From: Octopus bimaculoides
Taxonomy: Eukaryota
Length of the DNA stretch: 64,000 nt
Assembly: GCF_001194135.2 (NCBI RefSeq)
Contig: NC_068984.1
Location: forward strand, 105,033,008-105,097,007
Reading direction: 5' to 3'
Shown: positions 25,150-38,279 of the stretch, piece by piece
Layout: each line of letters begins with the position of its first letter
Numbering within the stretch: position 1 is the first letter of the stretch
Notes under the pieces: generated by a model
The model's input: only the letters and a program-made list of their open reading frames with translations
Told to the model about the DNA's origin: nothing
Databases searched by the model: none
Position numbers and translations under genes: made by a program

Positions 25150-28100
25150 TAATGTTCTAACTCTGGAACGCTGAAGTGTTCACAACATACAGACTTTTTT
25201 TCAACATTGTCACCATATCTGTAGTGCCCTGCATAGTTCATATGTAAAGACTGGGAAGAACAGATCTGTCTTGCTTGAAGACAGACATTGAACTTTATTA
25301 TTGAGTAACATTGTGAAAGTCACTGGAACTGCAAGCTATAATTGTATGATATAATGAAGGGAAGTTTCGTTTCAGAGACAAGGAGTTTCCATCATTATTA
25401 GAATGCTTTGGAAGATGCCCAGTGGATCTGAGAATTCACAAAAGTGCAATATTAAAATAAATAGATCTTGAACTTAAGGTGCAGACCAAGTTCCAAATTG
25501 AGAAGCATGATTCACTTCCCTGTCAAATATATGGCCCACTGTTTAAAGCAGCTTCTTGCAATGTTTGGCATTGCTGTTCCTCAACAGTGTTAGCTTTTGA
25601 AATGAGTATTTCCCCATATTTACATAGTAAAACCATACAAAAGTGTTAGCTATCAGAATTTCAAGAGGTACCAAGACTAAAAATAAATGCACTAAAAGTT
25701 TTCCAAATATAACATTTAAGAGAATTACTTCATGCATATTTGACAATTTTCAGATTTTGGAATTATAAAAGACAGCATAATTGCAGAAATGGCATGATAA
25801 ACATTGATAGAATTAACTAGTACTTATGTTAATATAATACCTTGGGGAAACCATACACAACCTTCCAAGCTGCTGGGTTTTTGTATCAAATTACTTCAGT
25901 TCCTATGGATACTATAAATACTTTCAGTGAGTTGTCAATAAATTTATCAATGAAAATCATTTTTTATTTATTTTGATTTGTGGTGTAAGAAGATTAGATT
26001 ATAAATATCTTTTGAATTTCTTTAAAGTTGCCAAATCTAATAATGTGACCTTAGAAATAAAGTCTCTTTGCAGTAAGTATTTTATTGCAAAATAAATATT
26101 TATAAGATGGTATAAGACTACAAAAGAATATATTAGACTTTACAAGACTTTAAAAAACTTTATAAGAGGTTTTGAAAGTGTCATCCTTCATTTTCAATAC
26201 ATAAGTTGACTCTTCTACAAATGTTTTGTGTTTTGCGAATTTATGTGTCACTGCAGAGAGACTTTTTGAACTTCCTGTATAATCATATATCTTAGGAAAA
26301 TTACATCCTAATCCAGAATGTCTTTGATTCCTTAGAGAGCTACCTGTTCAAAATAATTACAATAGACCCTTAACTATTTTGCATTCTGTGCCAAATGTAC
26401 TTAGATCTGCTATATTATTACAAATGGTAGACTTGTGGAATATTTTTTCAAGGTTCATAAATATTTTTGAAAACACTTTACTACATTATTAAAAAGGGCA
26501 AAGATGCTAGTGCAGTTGTAGGAGCTGTGAGAAAATTGGAGTGTTTCTTCATAAAACATTTTAACTTCATGACAAATCAAATATTAGATTCATTCATGTT
26601 TGACAATAAAACCACGAAGAAAATTTAAATACAAAATTGTTTGCTAGAGAATTGAGTTTTCCCTTTCATAAACTATAACCTATAGACCTGGTTCTCTCTC
26701 GTATTGTTGCTATTATTTTAACAGATTTGAATTTAGAATTGTTCCATAACTTCACATTATACCCAAATATAAGAATTCCCCATTTTAGAGAGTGCATAGA
26801 TGCTATGTAGTTATGTGGTTAAGAAGCTTATCCCCAATCATGTAGTCTCTGAGTCAGTCTCACTGTGTAGGACCTTGGGTAAAGTGTCTTCTACTATAGC
26901 TCTAGGCTGACCAAAGACTTGTGAGTGGATTTGAGAGATAGAAACTGAAAATAGCTTGACATGTGTGAACCCATCTCAGATTCATGTCATGGTTGTAAAC
27001 AAGCATTATTGTCATACAGGTTTTGTTGCTCATTTGCAATCTTCCGTGAAAAATATGTTTGAGGTAGAGAAATATTACCTTGCTTAGAAGGAAGTGAGAG
27101 AAAAGCTGCCAAAAGTTCCTCTACAAAACTCTATCTGACCTATGCAAGCATGGAAAAGGGGACATTAAAATGATGATAATATAACCTGTCATAAGTCTGC
27201 ACCTATTTCTATGTCTGGAATAAAATTAAACCTGGCTTTTATTTTTCAATAGATACTTTTCTTATGAAAGTTATCCATCCATTTGAATGTATCACTATAG
27301 AGCTTGTTTTAATAATTTGAATGTATACTTATATAAATGGTTTTTCTCATTTTCCATTTGCTTATCTTTGCCATGCTACAAATGCTTCAACTGTTAGAAA
27401 GTACTAAATTCATTTTTTCTCTACTTCTGGAATGGTATTGTTTCTTCATTCAGATTAGAAAGCCTTCATTGTGTTTGAGTTAAAACAACTAAATATCCAT
27501 GAGATATTTTTACAAGATGTAGAACCACCATATAATCCCTTTGAAAACCTGCATAGTAAAAGGTATAATGGTGTTATTTGGAACCTTATAAAGTTAGTTA
27601 TTGAAAGACTACATGATCATTGTTGTGTACAGCTACCAATGACAGATCTTATGACTATATAATCATTGCAATGTAGAGCTACCACTGAGAGAAACTTATG
27701 AAAGATTCTTTCTATTTTCTAGAAACTTCAATAAGATCAACATTCTTCATATTTCAGATTTGAATCACTAGTGGAATCCATTGAAATTATAGAGGGTAAA
27801 TCCAAATTACACTCAATAGGTTCATAAATGGTAAAGAAAACATGGCTTCTATAAAAGAAGTAGCTCCTTGAGGATATGATGAGCATCAAACTGAAGCAAT
27901 AAATAGGCTGTTGTTTTTGAAGAAAATAGATCAAAAGCACTTTATTCCCATGGATATATACTCTTGCCTACATCTTAGTCCTAACCCTACTGTGGATATC
28001 TTCTACTAAGGCTTCTAATAATATAGAGTTGCTTTTATATTGATATAATGATTATATCTGGAACTTTAACTCAAAGATGAAAGAGAAGAGTTGTTTTGTG

Positions 28101-28560
28101 CATACATTCAACCAATATCAACATGAAAAAATGGATTAATCTAATAATGGTGAAAGCATAGAAATTGAATTTTTCTCAGATTGTAAAAAAAGAAAAAAAT
28201 TATTTTGTGTTCTTTGAAGCTAATCTTACTCTTTAGATCTTACCAAAAGTTAAAAATGAGAAACTTTTTGCAAGTTTTAACTTCCTTGGACAAATCAGCT
28301 TTTTATGTAGATAAGGTCATCATGATGCAAGCTTTTACTTTGCATTTTTCAAGATGGTTCTAATTGTTGATGTGACCAAGATGGAGTTACCACAAATGTC
28401 TGACATTGACCAGCTTTCAAATTACCACAACACTTGCAGTTTTACATTCACTATGATGTTTTTCCTTTCCATTGGTATTTAAGAGGGACTTTACAATTTC
28501 ATGAACAATGTGGGTGTATGTGGATGTATGCATGAGTGCAAATAATTTTCTTATTATATG
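25150..28560 (+). pseudogene. Decayed long intronless coding remnant of unidentified family (transposon, viral or retrocopy), interrupted by a SINE
   Basis: Successive + strand blocks with few stops: 25374-25820 (149 codons, 3 internal stops), 25979-26209 (77 codons, 1), 26214-26680 (about 155, 7), 27471-27662 (open), about 27807-28008 and about 28210-28545; Cys-rich motifs; no microsatellites. Confidence 0.5.
26797..27182 (+). mobile_element. SINE family A, full length, inserted into the unknown remnant
   Basis: gtggttaagaagctt...gaccttgggtaaagtgtcttctactatagc...gaccaaagacttgtgagtggattt...tail gcaagcatggaaaaggggacattaaaatgatgat. Confidence 0.88.
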
Positions 28561-28994
28561 ATAGCTTACAATTATAATAATTAAAGATTACTGTCTCACT
28601 AAAAATATTATCAAGAAAAGACAATACTAAAGAATTAGTGCTAAATGGAGTTGTTTTAAAGAGTATAACTGCATTAGCAACATATTATTTATGAATGTAT
28701 TTTCAGTCTTAGAATGGGTTTTTACTAAAATTTAGGCTTTCTTCTTTCTAGTCTTTATTGATAAGGAGTTAGAGTATATATTTTGATAAAGTATTTTTAT
28801 CTGGATCTTTCCATGAAAAAACTTGGGGAATTCTTGAAATCTAAAGCTAGTTATTCTTAGAATGACAGTTAAATTGAATTTTTCTTTAATTATTGAGACA
28901 ATAATATAAACTTTTTTAAAATTTGTTTGTTAACATTGGAAAAGGGCAGAATTATTTGAGATATTATGGAATACATGCAAACATGACTAAGTGC

Positions 28995-29085
28995 AGACAT
29001 GACTGTATGGTTGAAGTTTACTTCTCAACCACATGATTTGGGGCTCAGTTCCTCTTCATGGAACCTTGGGCAAGTGCCTTCTACA
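28995..29085 (+). mobile_element. SINE family A head/CORE fragment
   Basis: catgactgtatggttgaagtttacttctcaaccacatg...accttgggcaagtgccttcta. Confidence 0.75.
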
Positions 29086-29106
29086 TCTAAGAGCCAAGGA
29101 GTGATT

Positions 29107-29303
29107 TTAACCTTTTTGGCACCATATTTTTGTTGAAATACATTGCCTTTGTTTTAATTCATTTTGAAAATAATGAAGATTCTAGAACTTTGTCATAAAT
29201 AGATTAGTATGTTGGAAGGTTTTAATTTAGATCACTTGAAAACAGGAAGTTTGAATCATCGAATGAGGGGAAGTCTCATGTAGTTTGAGATCAAAAACGT
29301 TAA
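29107..29303. mobile_element. piggyBac-type MITE (TTAA-flanked)
   Basis: ttaa-cctttttggcacca...atcaaaaacg-ttaa; interior collinear with 51629-51852. Confidence 0.7.
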
Positions 29304-29569
29304 ATCAGGTGGTAAGATTAGATCTACTGGCAAAGATACAATTTGAAATTCTACACTTTTGACTTACCTGCTCTCACAGTCAAAGCTCATGGTAACTTGA
29401 GAGTATGGTAGAATACACTTGCTCAAGATATCACATATCAATCTCAAAGCCAGAACTATGTGATTGCTAAGTGAACTTCTTAACTTGGCAAACACATTTG
29501 TGATTATTATTACAGTTGGTCACTAGTTCCAGAAAGAAAATGAGCTGTCAAACATGGGGTTTTAGTTGC

Positions 29570-29572
<3 letters not shown>

Positions 29573-29632
<60 letters not shown>
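29573..29632. repeat. (TA)n(GA)n microsatellite
   Basis: Direct. Confidence 0.95.
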
Positions 29633-29928
29633 TAGTAGTTCCTGAGAATTACATTAAAGGTATACATGTCTATGGAGTGCTCAACCACTTGTACATTAAT
29701 TTCATGTGTTTGTTGGCTGTTCTGTTGATCAGATCAGCTGGAACCCTTATCGTAACCAACAGAGTGCCAGTTATAGTCTCAATACTAATCTATCAATAGT
29801 GAGGTTAATTGATTCTATGATATTTCACTAGATACTTTTGGCAATAACTGTCAAATAGTTGAAATACTGGCCTTTAAAGGTGGACAGTTGAGGATGTATC
29901 CCATCATGGCATTATTGCTATTTTGTGT

Positions 29929-30119
29929 TTAACCCTTTCGTTACCAACCCAGCTGAAACTGGTTCTGGCTCTGTATGAATTAAAATCTTCCACCGAACCT
30001 TAGTCACAATTTATGTTCCTAACACTAGCTTAATGATAACTGAGTTATTTTACTAAATTCTTTGTTATATTTGATATAATTGAAAGAAACACAAATAAAT
30101 ATGGTAACAAAAGGGTTAA
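29929..30119. mobile_element. piggyBac-type MITE (TTAA TSD, 14-bp TIR)
   Basis: ttaa-CCCTTTCGTTACCA ... TGGTAACAAAAGGG-ttaa (13/14 TIR match). Confidence 0.85.
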
Positions 30120-31299
30120 TACTAAACTCTTCTTTCCCCATGTAACTATCAGTAGGACAAGTATAAAAAATGATCAGTGCTGGAATACTGAATTGACGAG
30201 TGAAAAATATATTTTCATGCAAGAATAGATTGGATCATTTTTGAAATGAGGCTACATTGCCTGAGGATAATGTGCAAAATTTCTGGCAGTGTGTTTCACT
30301 ATTAGGCAAGCTTTTATTCATAAAATGTATCTGAAAATAGGTAACACTTAAAAATCCCATTTTCAAACAAATCATGCAAAATGTTAGATTGTGCTAAGCT
30401 ATCTCAGAAATTGGATATTAAATAGTTTGCTGGAAAGTGCATTTACGTATAAACTTTTAAAAAATAATTTTTTTTACCTCATTTCCCCACTTCAAATTTT
30501 TTTTTTCTTTACTCGTTTTTACAATGTCGATTCATTTAATATGTATAGAATTCTATATGGTGATACTCCCTGTATAATAACTATTGAACTTTTTTTTTTT
30601 TTTGATCATTTGTTATTGATTTATGGCATTCAAAAAATGTTATTGCCTCTTCGCTTTTTGCTTGCATCCATCAAGTAAGATTTTCTTCTAGCCCTATTAT
30701 GTAAGATATTAAAATCCACTGCATAGAAAGCAGATTTATTTCAAATTGATCACCAAAATCCAACTGTATATATTTATTATTTGTGAAATGATGTTTGTTA
30801 AAAAGCATTCTGCTGATTTTGTCAAAGCTTATTAAAATTGGCATCTGCCATAAGTGTTATTAAAATGTGTTAATTTGTTTCTCTTAGGTAAAAAAGAAAA
30901 TTGGAGCAAATCTCATATATACATTTTGGGATATGAGGTTAACATATTGGACTACTAACTCATAAGTTCAAACCTTGCTAGAATCATTATCTTGTGCTCT
31001 ATAACTATGCTGTCAACCAAGTTTCTTCTATTTTACTGTTGACTGTTTTGTCATACAAAGGTATACAATTTTAAAAAATATAACTGTTCCAACAAAATGC
31101 AAGTTTTCAAAATTGTGAAAGTGCACTACTTTTGCTGAAATGGTATGTCAGAGTAAAACATTACATTTTAAAAATTAGAAGTTTCATAGAGGTTGGAGAT
31201 TTTTGTTAAATAATTTTAAATAGTATGTGACATTACCATATTTTGGGATACAACTGTCTTTTGCAATATTGTCATATTTTGTGATATTACAATCTTTTG

Positions 31300-31900
31300 T
31301 AACAGTAGGAAAGTTGAAAATTCTGTATGAGAGCCATCTTCTAGAAAGGGTTCAAACTTGAGTTGATATTGCTTAAATATGAAAACTGAGATCTACAAAG
31401 ATTAAGATATAATTTGGTTGGAATTTGAAACAATGTGAAATAAAGTGGTGATTGGCACTTATGGGTATAGATTTTTGTTGCAAACTCTTGTTGTACAATC
31501 CACAAATTTCTCTAGTATTATAGGAGGGTACTAATTTCTGTGTGATAGTCCAATGGCTTGTAGTTATTTGATTTCATATAAATTTATGATAACTTGTATA
31601 ACTATATACACCTGTCATGTGATGATATTCTATCTATATCAGAGATGTAGCTTTTTGTGATAGATTGCTGTTTATTTGAACTGGTATATGCTTGAGTGTT
31701 GCGCTTTCTTTCCTAGTCAAGGTCTTGGACATAAGTTAGATTTTCCATATAATGGGAGATGAATTAAAGTTTTCCCTGAATTGGCTATTAACAATGCAAT
31801 AGCAATAATCACTTCTAATTATCTTTATTATGCACTTCTTTGAGAACATTTAGAATTTTCTTCCTCAGATTATGGTTGGTCATTTATATTTGAACTTTTG
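31300..31900 (-). mobile_element. Possible highly decayed CR1/L2-type RT fragment
   Basis: Minus strand gives NYKPL (cf. NYRPI) and IFVDLS (cf. VFLDFSKAFD) at plausible spacing; heavily degraded. Confidence 0.3.
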
Positions 31901-34124
31901 CAACCTAAAGTAAAAATTTTTTAAAGGAGATTAAGAACAATATCAGGACAAAAAAAACAAAACAAACAGCACAGAAGTTCCTTTGCTTACTCATGGATCT
32001 GATAGCCTAACCCTTTTAACTCCAAGATTTCACCCCTGGTTCTATGATTAGTATAACCTTAAATTTATCCTAACAGATTAGGTTATGTTAAGTCAGCATT
32101 TGAAATAAGCAGTTTCTTTTATTGTTTTGCTTTCATTCTTGAATCTTAAACACCACTTGTACTTTCCTGCTAGTACATTTTCACTATATTTAATTATATT
32201 GCAAGTGTTATTTTGGAGGAAGGCATATTGATGTGAAGATATAAGGTTTTCAAGGGTATTCCAAACAAAGAATAGTGCAGACTTTTAGAGATACTGTGGT
32301 CTTAACAGGAAAAGTATTGGCTGCTGCAATATACTTGTATGCTTATACAATTCCATATTGATTGTAGAATACTGAAAACATTTGATAAACTGTATCATGT
32401 ACCTCACTTAAATATAAATATTGATTTTTCTGTGCTCTAAAACACTATTTTGCCAATAGTATTGCTGATTTTCAGTACTTATTTATAGCAAAGATTTAGA
32501 TGTCACATCATGGTATCACCTATTATGGGTGCCATGTTTAATTATTCGTGATTTGATTCAAACTTAAAAGCTAGTGTGAGGCATTACATATAACTGCAGT
32601 CTGCATTGTACTCTACACATTGTAACCGGTATGTATATTGAGATTGGAAATTGTTAAATATCTTCATCTTTTGTGAATGCAAACATCACAACCTACTATT
32701 CCCCACTTCCTTATATCTCATATCTGCCAAAAATTTGTAAATATAAATTCAACTAAAACCAACTCAGTAGTTTTGTTATTGTAGCTAAATGGTTGAAGTG
32801 GTAAGCTTCTGATCCAAAGAACGTAACTTCTAATCCTGTCATTAGCTTCACATTAAAAGCTTTTCACTCTTAGGATTAATCCCCTATGTTTAGTAGTCAT
32901 ATTGAAAGCTACTATAGAATTACTGCATGAAAAGTTATAGGGTTCAGCGTGTCACTAGCCTTACATTGTAGTTAAAACAAAATACTTCACTTGAATCACT
33001 ACACTTAGAAATGATATGCTAACCACTTTACAATTGTATGATATGCATCCATAAAATAGGAACTTAACTTAGTTATGCAAATGCCAATAAAAAAGTCATG
33101 TGAAAAGAACATCTTAAGTTTAACCTCCAAAGCATTTTACAGAATTTTTAAATATTCCATAAGGCTGATTTTAGTGTACTCTTGGGTTTTTTTTTCCATT
33201 GAATATAATTATATTATTTTTCTTCTTCTTCTTGTTAAAAACCTACTAAAATAATTGAATTTGCTGAGAGGTCTTTTGTCTTCTAAGTCATAAACTTTGT
33301 TTTTGATGTACAGTAGTTTAAATAAATATGTATTTCTAAATGATTTACTACTTACTCTCTCTCACACAAAAAGTTTCACTAATGCAGTATACTTAATTTC
33401 ACATTGCATTATGTTGAATATATCTAGATTTAAATCATGTCTTGTTTGTAAATTCAGAAGTCAGTTAACTGTTCTCTTTGCATTACTGAAATATCCAATA
33501 AAGCCAAGCTTAATTAAGCCCTCTGCATCATGAAATTTTTCATGTTTATTTTTTTCATGTTGAATTGATTCGCCATAAAACGATTCAATTAGCATGGCTG
33601 AATTTCAGAATCATGTAGCTCCTTTTATACTATACTAAAATCTTAAATATGTATTTTTATATTGAAACTGATAGAACTTGTTAACCTTCTTTGATTTTGA
33701 ATTATCTCTTTCTAGAACTGTTTCTCAGAAGCTATATAATTATAAGTTGTAATTGATTGAGACTGATAATAATTATGTACAAAGAACAGTTCATATTTCA
33801 TGTTAATAATCTATTTGTCCTTTTACCTATTACTCACTGGTAACAAGTAAAGATTGAAAGACTGTAGGAAATAGATAAATCCTGTTTGTTACAGAGCCAT
33901 ATATATTGGTATTTTCATACACAAAGAAAAAGATTTCAAAATAGTCTTCTTTGTTGCAAGACAGTATAGTTATGCTGTTGGACAGTCTTCTGAAAGATGA
34001 TCTTTGCAACAATATTATTTTCAATATTACATTACTTTTAAAAAGAATGATGAGAAAACTGTAATTGTCATCTTAGGAAATTATAATTAGTAAGAATTTT
34101 GATTTGATATTATCACCACCATTA

Positions 34125-34290
34125 TCATTTAATGACCACTTTTCCATGCTTGCCTGGTAATGCTTATTTACAACCATCACATGATATCAAGACAAGAGTA
34201 CACACACACATATGTACATAGATATACATGCATATGACTGGCTTCTTTCAGTTTCCATCTTCCAAATTCACTCACAAGGCTTTGGTCCCC
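34125..34290 (-). mobile_element. SINE family A fragment (reverse)
   Basis: tcatttaatgaccacttttccatgcttgc...ggcttctttcagtttccatcttccaaattcactcacaaggctttggtc. Confidence 0.75.
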
Positions 34291-34829
34291 TTAAAGTAAC
34301 CACATAAATATGACAGGGAAGAATATTTTAAATCTTAATGGTTTATTATATTTTAAGAGTTAGTTATCAATGAACTGAAATATTGTTTATCCAACATTAA
34401 GATTTCAATTCTTGGTAGAATCAATATCTTCATTTCATAGAAGACAGCATTATCTGAAATAAAAACTTTAAGTTTATTACTACTTCAGATTTTGTGACAT
34501 TTCATTTAGTATCACAGTTCTCTGTGAAATTATTTAGGATTTAGTAATGTCTTGTAATTTAGTTTTGAGATATGTGGCATATATTAGGGAGGGTTTAACA
34601 ATTGTCTGCAAAATCATATACTTTGAAGTTGAAATTTGTGAAACAAAATCTGAAAATGTAAAACTGTAATATTCAAGTCTTGTGGAATAACTTATATTAG
34701 TTCGTTATATTGTTCATGCCTCATTTTGAACAATAAGTAGTCTGAGCAAATATTTCTGATGTCATTTGCAAATAAATTTGTAGTGCATCACACAGCATTT
34801 TTGGACAATTTGAAGCTTAAGGTATACCT

Positions 34830-35045
34830 TTTTGATCTTTTTGACACCAGCCCACCTGAGACTGCCCCTATTTTAGATTGATCTAAATTTAAACTTTCCA
34901 TCAGAATGTTTTAATTTATCTTCCAAACATCAGCTTAATAATAACAAATTTATTTTAGGAAATTGTTCATTATTTTCAAAATCAATTGAAACATACACAG
35001 TGTATTTCAGTGGAAATATGGCAACAACTTTAACTTCAGTGTGAA
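34830..35045. mobile_element. TTAA-MITE family member, degenerate
   Basis: ctttttgacacca...gatctaaatttaaactttccatc...ttccaaacatcagcttaataataacaaa is the reverse of the interior of the 29107 and 51629 copies. Confidence 0.5.
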
Positions 35046-35223
35046 AAATAAATTGGTTACACTGCAAGTGGCCGCTCCTTTTTAGCATTTTAAACCTTCA
35101 TCCAAGAAATCTTACCATTTGTCTATGGTGAGATTAGTAGGTTATATGTGTTAATTAAGCATATAAACAAAGGTGGTTCAGTTAGCTAAACTCATCAGTC
35201 AGAATTGCAAGGCAGCATACATG

Positions 35224-35506
35224 TTAACCCATTACCTCCCATAATTCTATTAACTGGAATTTTTTTATGAAACTGATTTCTAGCATAAAACAGCCTTAGA
35301 AACACGCTGGAATGATCAAAATAACATTTTGAATAGAAATAAGCGAGATATTGGGTGAAAAATTAGCAAACCTCATTTGAATATCAGAGAAATATACCTA
35401 GTAGATATAGCAAAAAGGTTAGATATGTGTAAATATCGACAGATACTTACGAAATTTGTAATTTTTAAGTGATCTCATATGAGATCACTGGTAGGTAATG
35501 GGTTAA
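35224..35506. mobile_element. piggyBac-type MITE with internal 22-bp palindrome
   Basis: ttaa-cccattacct ... aggtaatggg-ttaa; AGTGATCTCATATGAGATCACT at 35468-35489. Confidence 0.85.
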
Positions 35507-36254
35507 TGTGGATTAATTTATTCATAGTATACTATGATTTTTTTTTTTTTTATGCTTTATAATTTGAAATGTAATTATTGCAGTAGAATCATCAAGAATG
35601 CTGATGTAGATAATTTATATGAAGAACTTAAATCCAATATGGACATACAATTGGAAATAACTTACTTGCTGCAATAAACCAAATTTCACTTACTCACTCA
35701 CACTCACTCTCTCTTATATTTGCTCTCACTCACTCACACTCACTCTCTCTTATATTTGCTCTCACTCACTCTCCTATTCACTCCCACATACTCTCCCACT
35801 CACATTCTTTTTTACTTATGCACATTCTCATTCACTTTCTTTCAGAGACTGAGTCTCTCAATTCCACACTCTTTTATTTTTGTTAGTTATTTGACTGCTT
35901 TCCAGGTTTTTGTTCATCACATCAACCATAGTATTTAAGTATGATATTTATTTTATTGATCTCAATTTGTTGAACCACAAACTTATGGGACATAAGCATA
36001 AAGGTGGACATCACACCAAAATTAAACATGCTTGCACAAATACACACATACTATATGCAGTGCCTGGTACATCCAATGTATTCTAAAAATACTTATACTC
36101 CTGAGGATCTGACTCCTATCATTATTACTGGGCCTGCTGAAATGAATGAGCTCTCTGTAGAGCATTTTGCCTGTGATCAACGTTTCCATTCTACCTAACA
36201 TGCTGAGCACTCATTTGAACTATGGTCTTCCCAGTTCCATACTGAGCATATTTC

Positions 36255-36400
36255 ATTAGGAAGAGCATCCAGCTGTAGAAACTTTGCCAGATCAGATTGG
36301 AGACTGGTGCAGCCTTCTGGCTCGCCAGCTCTCAGTCAAACCGTCCAACCCATGCTGGGCATGGAAAGTGGACGTTAAACGATGATGATCATCATCATGA

Positions 36401-36477
<77 letters not shown>
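36255..36477 (+). repeat. RTE-like 3' tail followed by (CA)n
   Basis: ttaggaagagcatccagctgtagaaac...gtcaaaccgtccaacccatgctgggcatggaaagtggacgttaaacgatgatg, then a long CA run. Confidence 0.85.
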
Positions 36478-36482
<5 letters not shown>

Positions 36483-36861
36483 CATTTAATTTCATTTACG
36501 GAAACTGTTTTTGAGTATGCATATAAAAGCTATTTTGTTATGTCAGCTACCATCTAATACCAACCAGCAATAACTTTTTTATGGGGTTCTACTGAGGTGT
36601 GCCAATATACTGTAGGATAAATATAGTAATGATAATAATAATCCACTGATGGAATTTATAAATATTTCAATGCAATGTTACACGTGTTTCCTCATTGCCT
36701 GTTTCTTGCGATTGTCCATATTCCTGGGATGATTATATATCATCTGAGGAAATGAACACATGAATATGATCCCCCCCCCAATGTCCATGGATGCTATGGA
36801 GTATACAGTAATAAACTATTTTAAAATGTTTATAAATTCTATCAATGGATTATTATTATTC

Positions 36862-37220
36862 CACCAAGGTTGATTTTGCCTTTGATCCTTTCAGGGTCGA
36901 TAAATTAAGTGCCAGTGAAACACTGGGGGTCGATGTAAGCAACTAGTCCCCCCACACACCAAATTTCAGGCTTTGTGCCTTCAGTAGAAAAGATTATTAT
37001 TATTAGGCAGCAAGTTGGCAAAATCGTTAGCATGCCGGGCAAAATGCTTAGCGGCATTTTGTCCACCTTTATGTTCTGAGTTCAAATTCTGCCGAGGCTG
37101 ACTTTGCCTTTCATCCTTTCAAAGTCGATAAATTAAGTACCAGTGAAACACTGGGATTGATGTAATCAACTAGTCCCCTCCCCCAAAATTTCAGACTTTG
37201 TACCTATAGTAGAAAGGATT
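36862..37220 (+). mobile_element. Tandem pair of SINE family B (5'-truncated copy plus full-length copy)
   Basis: Full copy from about 37005: ggcagcaagttggcaaaatcgttagc...ttctgagttcaaattctgccgaggctgactttgcctttcatcctttcaaagtcgataaattaagtaccagtg; the upstream copy repeats its 3' half. Confidence 0.9.
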
Positions 37221-37250
37221 TTTATGTGTGTGTGTGTGTGTGTATTGTTT

Positions 37251-37466
37251 CCCTTTAGCATTTATATTACTCTGTCATATAATACTTGTTTATTCATGTT
37301 GTTTTGAATTAATCATACATTACCTCCACAGTTTTGATATCTTGATGATGTGATTGATTTTTAGAAAGGTATTTTAGACTAGGTGTGAGGGGCCAGATCT
37401 GGCTGGTTGGAACATAAAACAGGTAGAATATTTTGGCTGGATATCACTGCTTTAAATGCTAAAAGG
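37251..37466. mobile_element. piggyBac-type MITE (family of 53289-53512)
   Basis: ccctttagcattt ... aaatgctaaaagg TIRs; interior collinear with the 53.3 kb copy. Confidence 0.8.
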
Positions 37467-38279
37467 ACATGTATATATATATATATGTATATATATATGT
37501 ATGTACAGATATGTATGTATGCATCAGTTGGTTGTCCATGAGTCAGTAAAAATACCCACTCAATATGAGTAATAGATGGTCATATTTTTGTATCATTGAG
37601 CTGTATATTATTGGTTATGACATATAGCTCTATAACATTTTGAAACGTGACATCATTTGCAAGTCTCACAATCTGTTTCTGAATTTGATATAAACTTTCT
37701 GTACTGTATAAAAAGATAATGAATCATAAACATCAAGCAATTTTGGATAAGTTCACCCCGTCCCTCATCCTCTCAGTAACTTTTCATCCCACCATCATTC
37801 ATCAGTCAGTAGTCAACATCTTATGTTGTAAGTATATACCCAACAACAGTATAACAATTCTTATTATTCCCAAATGTATTTCACTTCAGATGTTATAATG
37901 TATACTAATTGTAATGTGTATGTTAAAAAATTTTCATGCATAAAAGTGGCTGTGCTGATTTTTTTAACTTTTTTTTATTTACTTTTTTGAAAATACCATC
38001 TAAAAGAAAGCAATTGAAAATGTGCTTTGGTGAGAGAGAATGTGAGTGAACATTAGTGGGAGCGAAATTTGGGTTATTGCAGCAAATAAGTTATTTTTAT
38101 ATGTATGTCCATATTGGTTATATAAGTTCCTCAAATCATCAGTTTTGATTCTGCTGCTACAATTATAAGTATATGCTTCATTTTATAACATGTGAATCAA
38201 TGGGGAGATTAATTTTGTGTTGCATGATTTGATATTACAAGTTTTATGGGAACACATAACTTCTGTAATGTAAGTGATA

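Noticed and set aside
35587-35677. Exon-like IIKNADVDNLYEELKSNMDIQLEITYLLQ*, and the nearby ORF 36004-36198
   Set aside because: Weak acceptors, terminate in stops, and incompatible with the furin propeptide; no homology recognised.
36675-36755. tttcctca...gatgattatatatcatctgaggaaa as a possible C/D snoRNA or miRNA hairpin
   Set aside because: No properly placed RUGAUGA C box and poor arm pairing.
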